Below, one piece after another: positions 44,371 through 58,198 of a DNA stretch of 64,000 nucleotides. The stretch spans positions 9,563 through 73,562 of the forward strand of contig CAYTZH010000005.1 of the NCBI GenBank assembly GCA_964442285.1. The letters run 5' to 3'. Under the pieces are notes generated by a model, which was given only the letters and a program-made list of their open reading frames with translations, was not told where the DNA came from and did no database searches. The position numbers and the translations under genes are program-made. This stretch comes from an uncultured Spirochaetales bacterium. Its GTDB lineage: Bacteria > Myxococcota_A > UBA9160 > JAFDET01. Position 1 is the stretch's first letter; every line of letters starts with the position of its first letter.

Positions 44371-45129
44371 CTACCGGGCGTCGTGGAAGATGATCCCGAG
44401 CGTGAAGCGCCGACCGCGGCGCAGGCGGCTCACCCCGTGGCGGGTCGCCACCCGGTAGATCCCGCGCGCGCCGGAGACCGGTCGCTCGGCGTTGGGGAAG
44501 ATCACCGCCTGGCCGCGCCGAAGGGGCACCACCTCCGCCCGCGACTGCACGCGCGGGCGCTGCTCCACCAGCAGGAACTCACCGCCCGTGAAGTCGCGCC
44601 CCGGCTCCGAGAGCAGCACCGCCACCTGCATCGGGAAGGCGACCTCCCCGTAGCGGTCCTGGTGCAGGCAGTTGTAGCCGTCCTCCTCGTAGCGGAGCAG
44701 GAGGGGAGTCGGGCGCCGCTGGCCGGCCGCGGCGCACTCGGCGCGGAAGCGCGCCAGGCTCTCGGGATAGCTGCGCCGGCTCGCGAGGAGCTCTTCCCAC
44801 CGGTTGGCCACGGGGGCGAGGCGCGCGTAGAGCACCCGACGCAGCACGCCCACCTCCCGCGGCAGGGGCTCCGCGAAGTAGCGGTAGTGACCCCGGCCGA
44901 AGCGGTGCTGCTCCATGTCGACCGTGGCGCGGAAGCGCTCCTTCCGGTCCCAGAGGTCGATCAGTCGCCGACAGGCGTCCGGCTCCAGCAGCGGCGGCGT
45001 GACCGCGTGGCCGGATGCGGCGAGCTCGGCGCGCAGCTGGCTCCAGTCGAGGGCGGCCAGCCGGCCGCTCAGGCTTCCCTCCGGCGGCGGCGCGGCGTCC
45101 TTGCTGCCGGGCGGCGGCGCGTCGTTCAT
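44371..45129 (-). CDS. 2OG-Fe(II) oxygenase (DUF2086-like)
   Basis: YNCLHQD, FTGGEFLLVEQRPR, RHGVS, TLGIIFHDA. Confidence 0.9.
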   Translation of the reverse strand: MNDAPPPGSKDAAPPPEGSLSGRLAALDWSQLRAELAASGHAVTPPLLEPDACRRLIDLWDRKERFRATVDMEQHRFGRGHYRYFAEPLPREVGVLRRVLYARLAPVANRWEELLASRRSYPESLARFRAECAAAGQRRPTPLLLRYEEDGYNCLHQDRYGEVAFPMQVAVLLSEPGRDFTGGEFLLVEQRPRVQSRAEVVPLRRGQAVIFPNAERPVSGARGIYRVATRHGVSRLRRGRRFTLGIIFHDAR

Positions 45130-45214
45130 GCTGCCGGGAACGTATCACGCCGGACCGACGCCGAGGCCCCGCGGGCCGCTGCCCCGGGGCGAGCCGAGGC
45201 CCGGAGCGGGCTGC

Positions 45215-47592
<2,378 letters not shown>

Positions 47593-47625
47593 GGAACACC
47601 TCGCGGGGGCGCCGACGGGAACGTC

Positions 47626-47656
47626 GACCGATTCGTCAGTCAAAGTATACTCACGA
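47626..47656. promoter_or_regulatory. Overlapping imperfect palindromes GACCGA-TTCG-TCAGTC and TCGTCAGT-N8-ACTCACGA between the divergent ACAD pairs
   Basis: Dyad symmetry in an AT-richer divergent promoter; resembles TetR-family operators. Confidence 0.5.
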
Positions 47657-47707
47657 GGTTCGCGCCCGCCGAGGGGCTTCTGCCCCCGCCCAGACAGAGG
47701 TCGACCG

Positions 47708-48835
47708 ATGAACTTCGGATTCACGGAGGAGCAGGAGCTGCTGCGGAGCGAGGTCCGGAAGTACCTCGACGCCCACTGCGACCTCCAGGCCGTTCGCGCG
47801 CTCACCGAGGAGGGCGAGGGCTTCTCCCGGGAGCAGTGGAAGCAGATCGCCGAGCTCGGCTGGCTCGGTCTCACCATCCCCGAGGCCCATGGCGGGGCCG
47901 GCCTGGGCTGGGTGGACCTGGTGGTGCTCCTGGAGGAGACCGGGCGCTCGCTCTTCCCGTCCCCCCTGCTCTCCCACACCGTCGCCGCGGCGGCGCTCTG
48001 CGAGGCCGGCAGCGCCGCCCAGCAGGCGCGCTGGCTCCCGGCCCTGGCCGACGGCTCCACCATCGGCACCCTTGCGCTCCTCGAGGCCGACGGCCGCTGC
48101 GATGCCGAGGGCGTGCAGCTGGCCGCCACCCGCGAGGGCGACGGATGGCTGCTGCGCGGCGAGAAGACCTTCGTGCCCGACGCCGAGGTCGCGGCCCTGT
48201 TCGTGGTTCCCTTCCGCACGGGCCCCGCCGTGGATGCCCTGGCCCTGGCCGTGGTCGAGGCCGGAGCGCCCGGGCTCGGCGTCGACGGGCTGCCGGGCAT
48301 GGACCTCACCAAGCGCACCGGCCGCCTCCGCCTCGACGGCGTCCGCGTCGACGCGGACCGCGTCCTGGAGGCCGCCGGCGGGGCCGCGGCCGCCCTCGCG
48401 CGCATCGTCGACCGGGCCACCGCCGCCGTCACCGCCGAGAGCCTGGGCGCTGCCGACGGCGCCCTGCAGCTGACCGCCGCCTACGCCCGCGACCGGGTGC
48501 AGTTCGGCGCCCCCATCGGTCGCTACCAGGGCGTGAAGCATCCCCTGGCCGAGATGTACGTCGACGTGGAGTCCGCCAAGTCCCTCCTCTACTACGCTGC
48601 CTGGTGTCTGGAGGAGAGCCCGGAGGAGGCGCCGCGCTACGTCTCCATGGCGAAGGCCTACACCAGCGAGGCCTTCGCCCGTATCGGCATCGACGCCGTC
48701 CAGCTCCACGGCGCCGTCGGCTACACCTGGGAGTTCGACGCCCACCTCTACCTCAAGCGCTCCAAGTGGGCGCGACCGTTCTACGGCGACGCCGACTACC
48801 ACTACGACCGCGTCGCCTCGCTGGGAGCTCGCTAG
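47708..48835 (+). CDS. Acyl-CoA dehydrogenase family, partner subunit
   Basis: MNFGFTEEQ, RVQFGAPIGRYQGVKH, QLHGAVGYTWEFDAHLYLKR. Confidence 0.92.
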   Translation: MNFGFTEEQELLRSEVRKYLDAHCDLQAVRALTEEGEGFSREQWKQIAELGWLGLTIPEAHGGAGLGWVDLVVLLEETGRSLFPSPLLSHTVAAAALCEAGSAAQQARWLPALADGSTIGTLALLEADGRCDAEGVQLAATREGDGWLLRGEKTFVPDAEVAALFVVPFRTGPAVDALALAVVEAGAPGLGVDGLPGMDLTKRTGRLRLDGVRVDADRVLEAAGGAAAALARIVDRATAAVTAESLGAADGALQLTAAYARDRVQFGAPIGRYQGVKHPLAEMYVDVESAKSLLYYAAWCLEESPEEAPRYVSMAKAYTSEAFARIGIDAVQLHGAVGYTWEFDAHLYLKRSKWARPFYGDADYHYDRVASLGAR

Positions 48836-48837
48836 CC

Positions 48838-49995
48838 ATGGATTTCCGCCTGACTTCCGACGAGGAGGCCTTCCGGGACGAGGTCCGCGCCTTCCTCGAC
48901 GCGAACCTTCCGCCGCCCGATCGGCGGGACGCCGGCTTCGTGGCCGAGTGGCAGCGCAAGGTGCGCGAGAAGCGCTGGGTGGGCTTCTCCTGGCCCGCCG
49001 AGGTGGGCGGCGGCGGCGGCACGATCATGCAGCAGGCCATCCTCAAGGAGGAGATGGCCAAGCGCAAGGCGCCGCCCCTCGGCAGCTGCTTCATGGGGCT
49101 CCAGTGGGTGGGCCCGGCCATCATCGCCTACGGCACCGAGGCCCAGAAGCAGCGCTTCATCCCCGACATCCTCGACGGCAAGTACCAGTGGTGCACCGGC
49201 TACTCGGAGCCCGACCACGGCAGCGACCTCGCCGCGCTCCAGTGCAAGGGCGTGCGCGAGGGCGAGGAGTACGTGGTGAACGGCCAGAAGATCTGGACGT
49301 CGATCGCCATGTGGTCCAAGTGGATCATCCTGCTGGTGCGCACGTCCACGGATCCCGGGGACAAGCACGCCGGCATCACCTGCCTGATGGTGCCGATGGA
49401 CACGCCCGGCATCACCGTGCGGCCCATCAAGAACATGGCGGGCGGGGCGATGTTCGCCGAGGTCTTCTTCGACGACGTGCGGGTGCCGGTGGAAAACCGC
49501 CTGGGCAAGGAGGGCGAGGGCTGGAAGGTCACCATCACCGCGCTGGCCCACGAGCGCTCGGGCATCGCCGAGGTGGAGGGCCTGATGCGCTCGCTCGAGT
49601 CCCTGCGCGAGCTGGCGCGGGAGGCCCGCAAGAACGGCCGACCGGCCCTCGAGGACGACGGCGTGCGACGCCGCCTCGCGCGGATCGAGACCCGCATCCA
49701 GGCCATGCGCTTCAATGGGCTTCGCTTCCTCACCAAGCAGCTCAAGGGCGAGCCCCTGGGCAGCGAGACCTCGGTGAACAAGCTGCACCGTGCGTCGCTC
49801 GAGGTGGAGATCGGCGACCTGGCCGTCGAGCTCCAGGGCTGTGCGGGTCCGCTGGTCGAAGGCGACCCGGTGGCGGCCGGCGGCCGTTGGCAGCGCATGG
49901 CGCTCTCGTGGCCCGAGGTGGTGATCGGCGGTGGCACGCCGAACATCCAGAAGAACATCATCGCCGAGCGGCTGCTCGGCATGCCCAAGGATTGA
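48838..49995 (+). CDS. Acyl-CoA dehydrogenase family, catalytic subunit
   Basis: WCTGYSEPDHGSDLA, NGQKIWTS, LAHERS, IGGGTPNIQKNIIAER. Confidence 0.93.
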   Translation: MDFRLTSDEEAFRDEVRAFLDANLPPPDRRDAGFVAEWQRKVREKRWVGFSWPAEVGGGGGTIMQQAILKEEMAKRKAPPLGSCFMGLQWVGPAIIAYGTEAQKQRFIPDILDGKYQWCTGYSEPDHGSDLAALQCKGVREGEEYVVNGQKIWTSIAMWSKWIILLVRTSTDPGDKHAGITCLMVPMDTPGITVRPIKNMAGGAMFAEVFFDDVRVPVENRLGKEGEGWKVTITALAHERSGIAEVEGLMRSLESLRELAREARKNGRPALEDDGVRRRLARIETRIQAMRFNGLRFLTKQLKGEPLGSETSVNKLHRASLEVEIGDLAVELQGCAGPLVEGDPVAAGGRWQRMALSWPEVVIGGGTPNIQKNIIAERLLGMPKD

Positions 49996-50270
49996 TGGAT
50001 CGGCGCGCGCGCATCGAGTCCCAGCTGCGGGAGCGGCTCGGCGCCAAGCACGTCGAGGTCATCGACGAGAGCCATCGCCACGAGGGCCACCCGGGCGCCC
50101 GGGACGGCGGGGGCCATTTCCGGGCCCTGGTGGTGTCGACCCGCTTCGAGGGGCTCTCGCCGGTGGAGTCCCAGCGCCTGGTCTACGAGGCCCTCGACGA
50201 TCTCATGGGCAGCGAGATCCACGCCCTGTCCATCCGCGCCCTCACTCCGGATCGCTGGGAAGAGCGCTAG
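49995..50270 (+). CDS. bolA: BolA family protein
   Basis: DESHRHEGH, GHFRALVVSTRFEG, QRLVY, IHALSI. Confidence 0.93.
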   Translation: MDRRARIESQLRERLGAKHVEVIDESHRHEGHPGARDGGGHFRALVVSTRFEGLSPVESQRLVYEALDDLMGSEIHALSIRALTPDRWEER

Positions 50271-50311
50271 GCGGCAGGCCAGTCCCGCGCGGCCTCGGGG
50301 CGGGGCGCTGG

Positions 50312-51166
50312 CTAGCCGACGAAGCGGTGGAGCCAGTCGTCGAGGCGGACGCTGAAGCCGGCGGCGTTGCGGTGGCCGCCGCCGCCGTAGCTCGCGGCGA
50401 TCTTGGCCATGTCCGCGTCGCCGATGGAGTAGAGCGAGACGTCGACGCGCTCGCCGCACATCCGGTAGACGAGACCGCAGGGGGTCCCGTAGGCGGCGCG
50501 GCGGGCCAGCTCGTGGCCGATGGCGCTGCGCAGGGCGCGGGCGTTGACCGCCTCGATGCGCAGTCCGCCGAGGGTGACCGGATGCACGCCCTGCACGGCC
50601 CGCTCCACGTCCATGCGCTGGGCGCGCACGATCGGCGCGCCCTCCTCGGCGAGGGTCTCCACCGGCGTCACGGCGAGCTCGTCCCAGACCTCGAAGCGGT
50701 GGGGATGGGAGCCGATGGCGGCGTTGACCTCGGCGGAGGCGGGCAGCTTCCAGTTCCAGAGGTCCTGGTCCTCGACGTAGCGCAGCAGGTCCGGCGTCGG
50801 GGTGTCGGGGTGGAAGTGGCTCCAGGCGAGCACGGCGCCCGAGTGATCCAGGTCGAAGTGCACCACGTGGCCGTCGGCGACGAGCTGCTTGTGCAGCTCG
50901 GGCTCCGCGCGGAAGCGATCCAGGGAGGAGACGTGGTGGTCCAGCACGACCACCTGGGCCGCCGCCTCGCCGAGCTCGCGCAGCAGCGGGTTGGGCGGCG
51001 CGATGTCCACGAAGACCACCTGCCAGCCCACGAAGTCGCGGGCGCGGAGCCGGTCGTCGTGGCCTCGGGGGCGGTACTCGCCATCGTCGCCCCACGCTCG
51101 TCGGACCGCCCAGGCGGCGCCGAAGCCGTCGGGACAGCCGGCGTGAAACAGGCAGATGCGCTTCAT
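50312..51166 (-). CDS. DHH/DHHA1 phosphoesterase (nanoRNase-like)
   Basis: CPDG, VLDHH, YVEDQDLW, GGGGHRNAAGF. Confidence 0.9.
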   Translation of the reverse strand: MKRICLFHAGCPDGFGAAWAVRRAWGDDGEYRPRGHDDRLRARDFVGWQVVFVDIAPPNPLLRELGEAAAQVVVLDHHVSSLDRFRAEPELHKQLVADGHVVHFDLDHSGAVLAWSHFHPDTPTPDLLRYVEDQDLWNWKLPASAEVNAAIGSHPHRFEVWDELAVTPVETLAEEGAPIVRAQRMDVERAVQGVHPVTLGGLRIEAVNARALRSAIGHELARRAAYGTPCGLVYRMCGERVDVSLYSIGDADMAKIAASYGGGGHRNAAGFSVRLDDWLHRFVG

Positions 51167-51173
51167 CCCGGAA

Positions 51174-52766
51174 CTACTCTAGCGGATCGACGGACGGGGG
51201 CCGGTCGCGCACGCGCGCCTCGTCGTCGGCCAGCGAGCGCCCCGCCCGCCAGAGGCACGCGACGGCGATCCCGTTGGCTGCGAATCCCATGAGCATGGCC
51301 AGGCGGAGGTCGCCGAAGGCCACGCTGGCGCGGCCGATGCCGTAGGGTCCCAGGGCCAGACCGATGAAGGTGATCACCAGCAGGTAGGCGGCCGAGGCCG
51401 TCGCCCGCAGGCGCGGCGGCACCAGGTCCTGCACGGTGGCGGCGCCGCCCCCGATCCAGCCCGCGGCGAAGAGCCCCAGCGGGAAGTTCAGCAGGTAGGC
51501 GAGCACGACGCTGTCGGTGCTGAGGAAGGCGTAGCCGACGGGGAGCGGCAGGAGCGCCGCGGCCATGCCGAGTCGCAGGCGGCCGTCCACCCGCGCCAGC
51601 CTCCAGCGGTCGGCGATGACACCGCCCAGGATCACGCCGAGCCAGCCGGACGCGGCCGACGTCGCGCCCAGGATGGGGCCCGCCTGGCCCGGGTCGACGC
51701 CGTGCACCCGCATCAGGAAGGGCGGGGTCCAGAAGCCGATGCCGTAGCCGGTGAAGGCCAGGAAGGCGAAGCCGAGCGCGGCCCAGCGCAGCGACGGCGT
51801 GCGGAAGATGAGGTCGGCACCCTCCCGGTCGCGCAGGTGCAGGGACTGGGCCCAGGAGATCGCAGCGTAGAGCCCCGCGCCGAGCGACCACCACTGCGCG
51901 GTGTCGCCCGTGACGGCGGTCAGGCCGGCGGCAGCGAGGGCCACCGCGGCGGCGGCGACCAGGTTCCAGGTCAGCCCGCGGGTCCCGGCGCCTTCCCGCC
52001 ACAGGCTCCAGACCGTGAGCGGCGGCAGGACCGCGGCCAGCTCCCGCCCGAACTCGCGCAAGGGGCGCTCCGCCGGGGGGGCGACCACGCCGTCGGCCTG
52101 GCCCCGCACCGGCTCGCGCAGGCTCCGCACCCAGAGGGCCACCACGAGGCCCGGGAGTCCCACCACGAGGTAGGCAACCTGCCACCCGCGCAGCCCGAAG
52201 GGCGCGCCCTCGGGGTAGGCGCCGTTCCAGGCGTCGACGACCAGGCCGCCGATGCCCAGGCCGAGGCCCGCACCCAGGTAGATGCCGCTGGAGTAGATCG
52301 CCAGCACCGTGGCCCGGCGCGCCGGCGGGAACCAGTCGGAGAGCATCGAGAACGCGGCGGGGGTGGCGCTGGCCTCGCCGACGCCGACGCCGACCCGGGC
52401 CGACGCCAGCTGGCCGAAGCCGCGGGCGAGGCCCGAGAGCGCCGTCATGCCGCTCCAGACGGCCAGGCCGAGGGCGATCAGCGAACGCCGGCTCCACAGG
52501 TCCGCCAGTCGGCCCAGGGGGATGCCGAAGATCGCGTAGAAGACGGCGAACGCGGTGCCGTACAGGAAGCCGAGCTGGGCGTCGGACAGGCCCAGGTCCG
52601 CGCGGATGTCCTCGGCCAGGATCGAGATGATCTGGCGGTCCAGGAAGTTGAACACGTAGACGACGACCAGCACCGCCAGCGTGTAGCGCGCGTAGGCGCC
52701 GCCGATGGCGGGGGCGTCCGGGGATCCGGAGGCCGCGGTCGGGTCGACGCTGGGGCGCGCGGGCAT
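51174..52766 (-). CDS. MFS transporter (spinster-like)
   Basis: [33 protein letters not shown]. Confidence 0.92.
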   Translation of the reverse strand: MPARPSVDPTAASGSPDAPAIGGAYARYTLAVLVVVYVFNFLDRQIISILAEDIRADLGLSDAQLGFLYGTAFAVFYAIFGIPLGRLADLWSRRSLIALGLAVWSGMTALSGLARGFGQLASARVGVGVGEASATPAAFSMLSDWFPPARRATVLAIYSSGIYLGAGLGLGIGGLVVDAWNGAYPEGAPFGLRGWQVAYLVVGLPGLVVALWVRSLREPVRGQADGVVAPPAERPLREFGRELAAVLPPLTVWSLWREGAGTRGLTWNLVAAAAVALAAAGLTAVTGDTAQWWSLGAGLYAAISWAQSLHLRDREGADLIFRTPSLRWAALGFAFLAFTGYGIGFWTPPFLMRVHGVDPGQAGPILGATSAASGWLGVILGGVIADRWRLARVDGRLRLGMAAALLPLPVGYAFLSTDSVVLAYLLNFPLGLFAAGWIGGGAATVQDLVPPRLRATASAAYLLVITFIGLALGPYGIGRASVAFGDLRLAMLMGFAANGIAVACLWRAGRSLADDEARVRDRPPSVDPLE

Positions 52767-52810
52767 CGCGCCCGCATTCTACGGTACCTTCCCGGCCCCA
52801 AGGAGTTCCG

Positions 52811-54496
52811 ATGCCGAGTCCGAAGCGCGATCTACCCCGTCCGCGAAGCCGCGAAGTCACCGAGGGACCGGCCCGCGCCCCGGCCCGGGCCATGCTGCGG
52901 GCCGTGGGCCTCACCGACGAGGACTTCGAGAAGCCCCAGGTGGGGGTCACGGCTGCCGCCAACGAGGTGACGCCCTGCAACATGAACCTCGCCGCCCAGG
53001 CCGACCTGGCCAAGGAGGGCGTGCGCGCGGCCGGCGCGGTGGGGCTGCGCTTCGACACGATCGCCGTCTCCGACGCCATCTCCATGGGGCACGAGGGCAT
53101 GCACGCCTCCCTGGTCTCCCGGGAGGTGATCGCGGACTCGGTGGAGCTCGTGGCCCAGGCCGAGCGCCTCGACGCCCTCGTCACCATCGCCGGCTGCGAC
53201 AAGAGCCTGCCGGGCATGCTGATGGCGGCGGCCCGCACCGACCTGCCTTCGATCTTCCTCTACGGCGGCTCCATCCTGCCCGGCTGCTTCCAGGGGCGCG
53301 ACGTCAACATCCAGGACGTGTTCGAGGCGGTGGGCGCCCACGCCGCCGGCAAGATGAGCGACGTCGACCTGGCCGAGCTGGAGCGCGCCGCGTGCCCCTC
53401 GACGGGCTCCTGCGCGGGCATGTTCACCGCTAACACCATGGCGGCCGTGAGCGAGGCCCTGGGCATGGCGCTGCCCGGGTCGGCGTCGGTCCCCAACCCC
53501 GATCCGCGCCGCAAGGCGCTGGCCCGCGAGGTGGGTGAGGCCTGCGTGGAGGCCTTGGCCCGGGACCTGCGGCCGCGGCGCATCCTCACCCGCGCGGCCT
53601 TCGAGAACGCCATCAGCCTGGTCATGGCGCTCGGCGGCTCCACCAACGCGGTGCTCCACCTGCTGGCCATCGCCCACGAGGCGAGGGTGGAGCTCGGTCT
53701 CGACGACTTCGACCGCATCAGCCGACGCACCCCCCACCTCTGCGACCTGCGCCCCTTCGGCAAGTACGTGATGACCGACCTCGACCGGATCGGCGGCGTC
53801 CCCGTCATCCTGCGCGAGCTGCTCGACCGCGACCTCGTGGACGGAGAGGCGTTGACGGTCACCGGGAAGCGGCTCGGGGAGACCCTGGAGGGAGTGGCCT
53901 TCCCGGTGGGCCAGGACGTGGTGCACCGGGCCGACGCGCCGCTCATGCCCGAGGGCGGCATCGTGGTGCTGCGGGGGAACCTCGCGCCCGAGGGCGCGGT
54001 GATGAAGACCGCCGGCGGCAACGTGCGTCGGATGGAGGGCCCGGCCCGGGTCTTCGACGGGGAGCAGGCGGCCTTCGACGCGGTCACCGCCGGCGCGATC
54101 CAGCCGGGCAGCGTGATCGTGATCCGCAACGAGGGCCCCGCCGGAGGGCCGGGGATGCGCGAGATGCTCGCGGTGACGGCTGCCGTGAAGGGGGCCGGTC
54201 TGGGCGCCGACGTGGCCCTCATCACCGACGGGCGCTTCTCCGGCGCCACCCACGGCTACATGGTGGCCCACGTGGCCCCCGAGGCGGTGCGCGACGGGCC
54301 GATCGCCGGGCTGCGGGACGGCGACCGCATCACGATCGACCCCGCCGAGCGTCGGCTCGAGGTGGCCCTGCCGGAGGTCGAGCTCGCGGAGCGCCGGCGC
54401 GGGCTCGAGCCGCCGCCTCCCCGCTTCGAGCGCGGGGCCATGGCCAAGTACGCCCGGCTGGTGGGAAGCGCCTCACGTGGCGCCGTCTGCGACTGA
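52811..54496 (+). CDS. ilvD: Dihydroxy-acid dehydratase
   Basis: [52 protein letters not shown]. Confidence 0.97.
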   Translation: MPSPKRDLPRPRSREVTEGPARAPARAMLRAVGLTDEDFEKPQVGVTAAANEVTPCNMNLAAQADLAKEGVRAAGAVGLRFDTIAVSDAISMGHEGMHASLVSREVIADSVELVAQAERLDALVTIAGCDKSLPGMLMAAARTDLPSIFLYGGSILPGCFQGRDVNIQDVFEAVGAHAAGKMSDVDLAELERAACPSTGSCAGMFTANTMAAVSEALGMALPGSASVPNPDPRRKALAREVGEACVEALARDLRPRRILTRAAFENAISLVMALGGSTNAVLHLLAIAHEARVELGLDDFDRISRRTPHLCDLRPFGKYVMTDLDRIGGVPVILRELLDRDLVDGEALTVTGKRLGETLEGVAFPVGQDVVHRADAPLMPEGGIVVLRGNLAPEGAVMKTAGGNVRRMEGPARVFDGEQAAFDAVTAGAIQPGSVIVIRNEGPAGGPGMREMLAVTAAVKGAGLGADVALITDGRFSGATHGYMVAHVAPEAVRDGPIAGLRDGDRITIDPAERRLEVALPEVELAERRRGLEPPPPRFERGAMAKYARLVGSASRGAVCD

Positions 54497-56096
54497 GGCC
54501 ACGGCCCGCGTCGTCTCGGCGCACGCGTGGCGTCCGCTCGCCGGCGCCCGTGATCCCGACGCGCTCCTGGCCCGCCTCGCCTCGCCCCGGTCGCCGGGTG
54601 CGCCCGGCGGCGGCCCCCCCGGCGCCCCCGGCACCTGGCTGCTGGAGAGCACCGCCCGGGACGAGCGCCGGGGCCGCTTCACCCTGCTCGGCGCCGATCC
54701 CTACCTGGTGCTCAGCGCCGACGCCCGGGCCCACCGGGTCGCCCTCGACGTGCGCCGCGATGCGCGACCGGACCTGGCTCCGGGCCGGCGTAGCCTGCGT
54801 GCCGAGGCCCTGGCGACGGCGCGCGCGCTGCTGCCGCCCCCGCCGCCCGACGACGTGCGCGTCCCGTTTCCGTTCGTCGGAGGCGCCGTCGGTGTGCTGG
54901 GCTACGAGCTCGCGGAGCAGCTCGCGCCGCTCGCGCCGCTGCGTCTGCCCGCGCGGGCCCCCGACGACCCGCCCGACCTGACGCTTCTCTACGTCGACTG
55001 GCTCGTCGCCCTCGAGGCGGCGACGGGCCGGGCCTGGGTGAGCGCGCTGGGCTTCGGCCGCACGGCGGCCGAGGCCCGCGGGCGCGCGCACGCGCTGGCC
55101 GAGCGGCAGGCCGCCGTCCTGGCGCCGCCGCCGGGGCGACTCCGGCGGACGCCACCGCCGGGCCGGCGCGGGTGGACGCCGCAGCCGGCGTCGTTCCCCG
55201 TGGCGCTTCCCGCCGTGGACGGGCCCGCGCCGTCGGCTCATCACGCCGCCGCCTACGAGGCGGCCGTCGCCTTCCTTCTCGAGCGGATCGGCCGCGGCGA
55301 CCTCTACCAGGCCTGTCTCACGGATCGGACCGACCGCGATTTCCGCGGCGACCCCTGGGACCTCTACCGAGCGCTCCGCGACGTGAACCCGGCGCCCTTC
55401 GCCGCCTTCCTCGCCCTGCCCCACACCACGGTGGTCTCGAGCTCGCCGGAGCGCTTCCTGCGGGTCGACCTCGACGGGCGCGTCGAGAGCCGGCCCATCA
55501 AGGGCACGCGGCCCCGCGGCGCGACGCCCCGCGCCGACGCCGAGGCGGCCCGGGCGCTGCGGACCTCGGCCAAGGACCGCGCCGAGAACCTGATGATCGT
55601 CGACCTGGTGCGCAACGACCTGGGCCGCGTCTGCGAGGTCGGCAGCGTGCGGGTGCCGGAGCTATTCGCCGTGGAGGCCTACGCGAGCGTCTTCCAGCTC
55701 GTCTCGACCATCGAGGGCGGGCTGGCGCCCGGTTGCGACGCCCTCGACGCGGTGGAGGCGGCCTTCCCGCCCGGCTCCATGACCGGCGCGCCCAAGCGCG
55801 CGGCGATGCAGCTGCTGGCCGGGCTGGAGCCGCGTCGCCGCGGTGTGTACTCGGGTGCGCTCGGGTGGTTCGACCTGCGGGGCAGCGCGGACCTATCCGT
55901 CGTGATCCGCACGCTGCTGGTGGTCGGCGACCAGGTTCGGCTGCACGCCGGCGGCGGGATCGTGGCGGATTCGGATCCCCGGGACGAGTACGCCGAGCGC
56001 TGGGACAAGCTCCGGGCGCTGGAGGCCGCCCTGGCGCGGGTTTCTCGCCGTCCGCCGGCGGACGACGCCGCGGGTGCCGGGCGGAGCGGGTCCTAG
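54477..56096 (+). CDS. pabB: Aminodeoxychorismate synthase component I / anthranilate synthase I family
   Basis: [15 protein letters not shown] (PabB-type), [27 protein letters not shown]. Confidence 0.85.
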   Translation: MAPSATEATARVVSAHAWRPLAGARDPDALLARLASPRSPGAPGGGPPGAPGTWLLESTARDERRGRFTLLGADPYLVLSADARAHRVALDVRRDARPDLAPGRRSLRAEALATARALLPPPPPDDVRVPFPFVGGAVGVLGYELAEQLAPLAPLRLPARAPDDPPDLTLLYVDWLVALEAATGRAWVSALGFGRTAAEARGRAHALAERQAAVLAPPPGRLRRTPPPGRRGWTPQPASFPVALPAVDGPAPSAHHAAAYEAAVAFLLERIGRGDLYQACLTDRTDRDFRGDPWDLYRALRDVNPAPFAAFLALPHTTVVSSSPERFLRVDLDGRVESRPIKGTRPRGATPRADAEAARALRTSAKDRAENLMIVDLVRNDLGRVCEVGSVRVPELFAVEAYASVFQLVSTIEGGLAPGCDALDAVEAAFPPGSMTGAPKRAAMQLLAGLEPRRRGVYSGALGWFDLRGSADLSVVIRTLLVVGDQVRLHAGGGIVADSDPRDEYAERWDKLRALEAALARVSRRPPADDAAGAGRSGS

Positions 56097-56098
56097 CC

Positions 56099-56791
56099 GT
56101 GCGGATCCTCTACGTCGAAGACGACCCCAGCGCGCGCGAGTTCATCGAGAAGGGCCTGGCGGAGGCGGGCTTCCAGGTGGACGTCGCGGCCGACGGCGAC
56201 GCCGGGCTCGCCCGGGCCTCCTCCGTCGCGTACGACCTCCTGATCCTGGACGTCATGCTGCCCGGGCGCGACGGCATGCAGCTCCTCCGCGAGCTGCGCG
56301 AGGCCGCCGACGAGACGCCGGTGCTCTTCCTCTCGGCCCGGGGCGAGGCGAGCGACCGCATCCGCGGCCTCAACCTGGGGGCCGACGACTACCTCACCAA
56401 GCCCTTCGCCTTCGGGGAGCTGCTCGCCCGCATCCGGGCCATCGCGCGGCGCCGCCTGGGCGAGCCGGCCGACGGCCGCATCGAGGTGGAGGATCTCGTG
56501 CTCGACGTGCAGCGCCACACCGTCGAGCGTGGCGGTCGCGCCATCGACCTGACTCCCAAGGAGTTCCTGCTCCTCGAGTACCTGATCCGCAATGCAGGCC
56601 AGGTGGTGTCCCGGGCGATGATCACCGAGAAGGTCTGGGGCCACAGCTTCGAGAGCTACTCGAACCTGATCGACGTCCACATCAATCACCTGCGCAAGAA
56701 GATGGACCGGGGCTTCGACCCCAAGCTGCTCCACACGGTGAAGGGCGTCGGCTACTTCCTCGGCCGCCGCGAGCGGTCCGGAGGCGACTGA
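56099..56791 (+). CDS. OmpR/CusR-family response regulator
   Basis: VEDD, LDVMLP, GADDYLTKPF, LTPKEF, HTVKGVGY. Confidence 0.95.
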   Translation: MRILYVEDDPSAREFIEKGLAEAGFQVDVAADGDAGLARASSVAYDLLILDVMLPGRDGMQLLRELREAADETPVLFLSARGEASDRIRGLNLGADDYLTKPFAFGELLARIRAIARRRLGEPADGRIEVEDLVLDVQRHTVERGGRAIDLTPKEFLLLEYLIRNAGQVVSRAMITEKVWGHSFESYSNLIDVHINHLRKKMDRGFDPKLLHTVKGVGYFLGRRERSGGD

Positions 56792-58186
56792 GTGCGGCTG
56801 CGACCGCCCTCCATCGGGCTGCAGTGGGCGCTCCGCTACGCCCTGGCCACCCTGCTCGCCATCTCGCTCTTCTCCCTCTACGTGTACCGCCGGGTCGAGC
56901 GGCGCCTGGAGCGCGAGGCCGAGCTGGTCGCCTCCTACCCCGCCCGCAACGTCAGCGAGGCCGTGCGCCGCTACGGCGACGACCTCGGCCGCATGGAGGA
57001 GCTGATCGACCGCGAGGTCCGCGCTGCCGACCCCGATCTGCGACTCGGGATCCAGCTCTACGATGCCGAGGGCCGGCTGGTGGTGAGCCGCGGCGTGCTC
57101 GAGGAGGCGGATCTTCCCCTTCACCCGAGCGTCCGCGCCGGCCATCGCAACTGGGTGTTCTTCGAGGCCGATCTCCCCGGCAGCGCCCCGTACTATGTGG
57201 TGGCCACGGCGCCGGGCGACCACTTCCTCCAGGTCGCCATCTACGGGCGGACCTTCGCCCGCCACCTGGACTTCATCGCCGACGGATTCCTGCTCGGCCT
57301 GCCGGTGGCCCTCCTGCTCACGGTCGGACTCGGCTGGCTCCTGGCCCGGGGCAGCCTGCGGCCGATCGCGCGCATCACGGGCACCGCCCGGCGCATCGGG
57401 ACGTCGAGCCTGGACGCCGAGGTCCCGACCACCGGGTCCGGCGACGAGCTGGACCAGCTCGCGGTGACCCTGAACGACATGTTGTCGCGCATCCGCGAGA
57501 GCGTCGATCGCATGCGCCGCTTCGCCGGCGACGCCGCCCACGAGCTGCGGACGCCGCTGGCCGCCCTGCGCAGCCAGATCGAGGTGACCCTGGAGAAGGA
57601 GCGCACGCCCGAGGAGCACGCCCGGCTTCTCGAGCGGCTGCTGGAGGAGGTGGAGCGGCTCTCGACCGGGGTGGATGCGCTGCTGCGGCTGGCGCGGTCC
57701 GAGGCCGGCGTCCAGCCCGAGCGCCGCCAGGTGGTCGGCCTGCACGAGCTGGTGGAGACGGTGGTCGACTTCTTCGGGCCCCTGGCGGAGGAGCGCGGCC
57801 TCTCCCTCGAGCTCACCCGGGGCGCCGAGGGGAAGGTGGCGGGAGACCCGGCCTGGCTCCAGCAGCTGTTCGCCAACCTGCTGCACAACGCCATCAAGTT
57901 CACGCCGTCCGGCGGCTCCGTCCGGGTGGACGTGGGGGAGGACGTCGAGGGCGGGGGGCTCGTCGTGCAAGTGCGCGACACGGGGATCGGCATCCCCGCC
58001 GAGGAGCAGGGCCGGGTGTTCGAGCGCTTCCACAAGCTCGATGCCTCCCGCTCGGCCGAGGGGTTCGGCCTGGGGCTGTCCCTGGTGCGCGAGCTGGCGC
58101 GGGCCCACGGAGGCGACGTGGGCGTGGAGAGCGAGCCGGGGGAGGGCTCCACCTTCCGGGTCTGGCTGCCCCGAGCCGAGGACTGA
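56792..58186 (+). CDS. HAMP sensor histidine kinase (CusS-like)
   Basis: Two TM helices, HAMP, HELRTPL, NLLHNAIKF, DTGIGI, GLGLS. Confidence 0.95.
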   Translation: MRLRPPSIGLQWALRYALATLLAISLFSLYVYRRVERRLEREAELVASYPARNVSEAVRRYGDDLGRMEELIDREVRAADPDLRLGIQLYDAEGRLVVSRGVLEEADLPLHPSVRAGHRNWVFFEADLPGSAPYYVVATAPGDHFLQVAIYGRTFARHLDFIADGFLLGLPVALLLTVGLGWLLARGSLRPIARITGTARRIGTSSLDAEVPTTGSGDELDQLAVTLNDMLSRIRESVDRMRRFAGDAAHELRTPLAALRSQIEVTLEKERTPEEHARLLERLLEEVERLSTGVDALLRLARSEAGVQPERRQVVGLHELVETVVDFFGPLAEERGLSLELTRGAEGKVAGDPAWLQQLFANLLHNAIKFTPSGGSVRVDVGEDVEGGGLVVQVRDTGIGIPAEEQGRVFERFHKLDASRSAEGFGLGLSLVRELARAHGGDVGVESEPGEGSTFRVWLPRAED

Positions 58187-58198
58187 CGCCGTCGCGGC

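Noticed and set aside
54477-56096. trpE assignment
   Set aside because: PIKGT motif and absence of trp neighbours favour PabB
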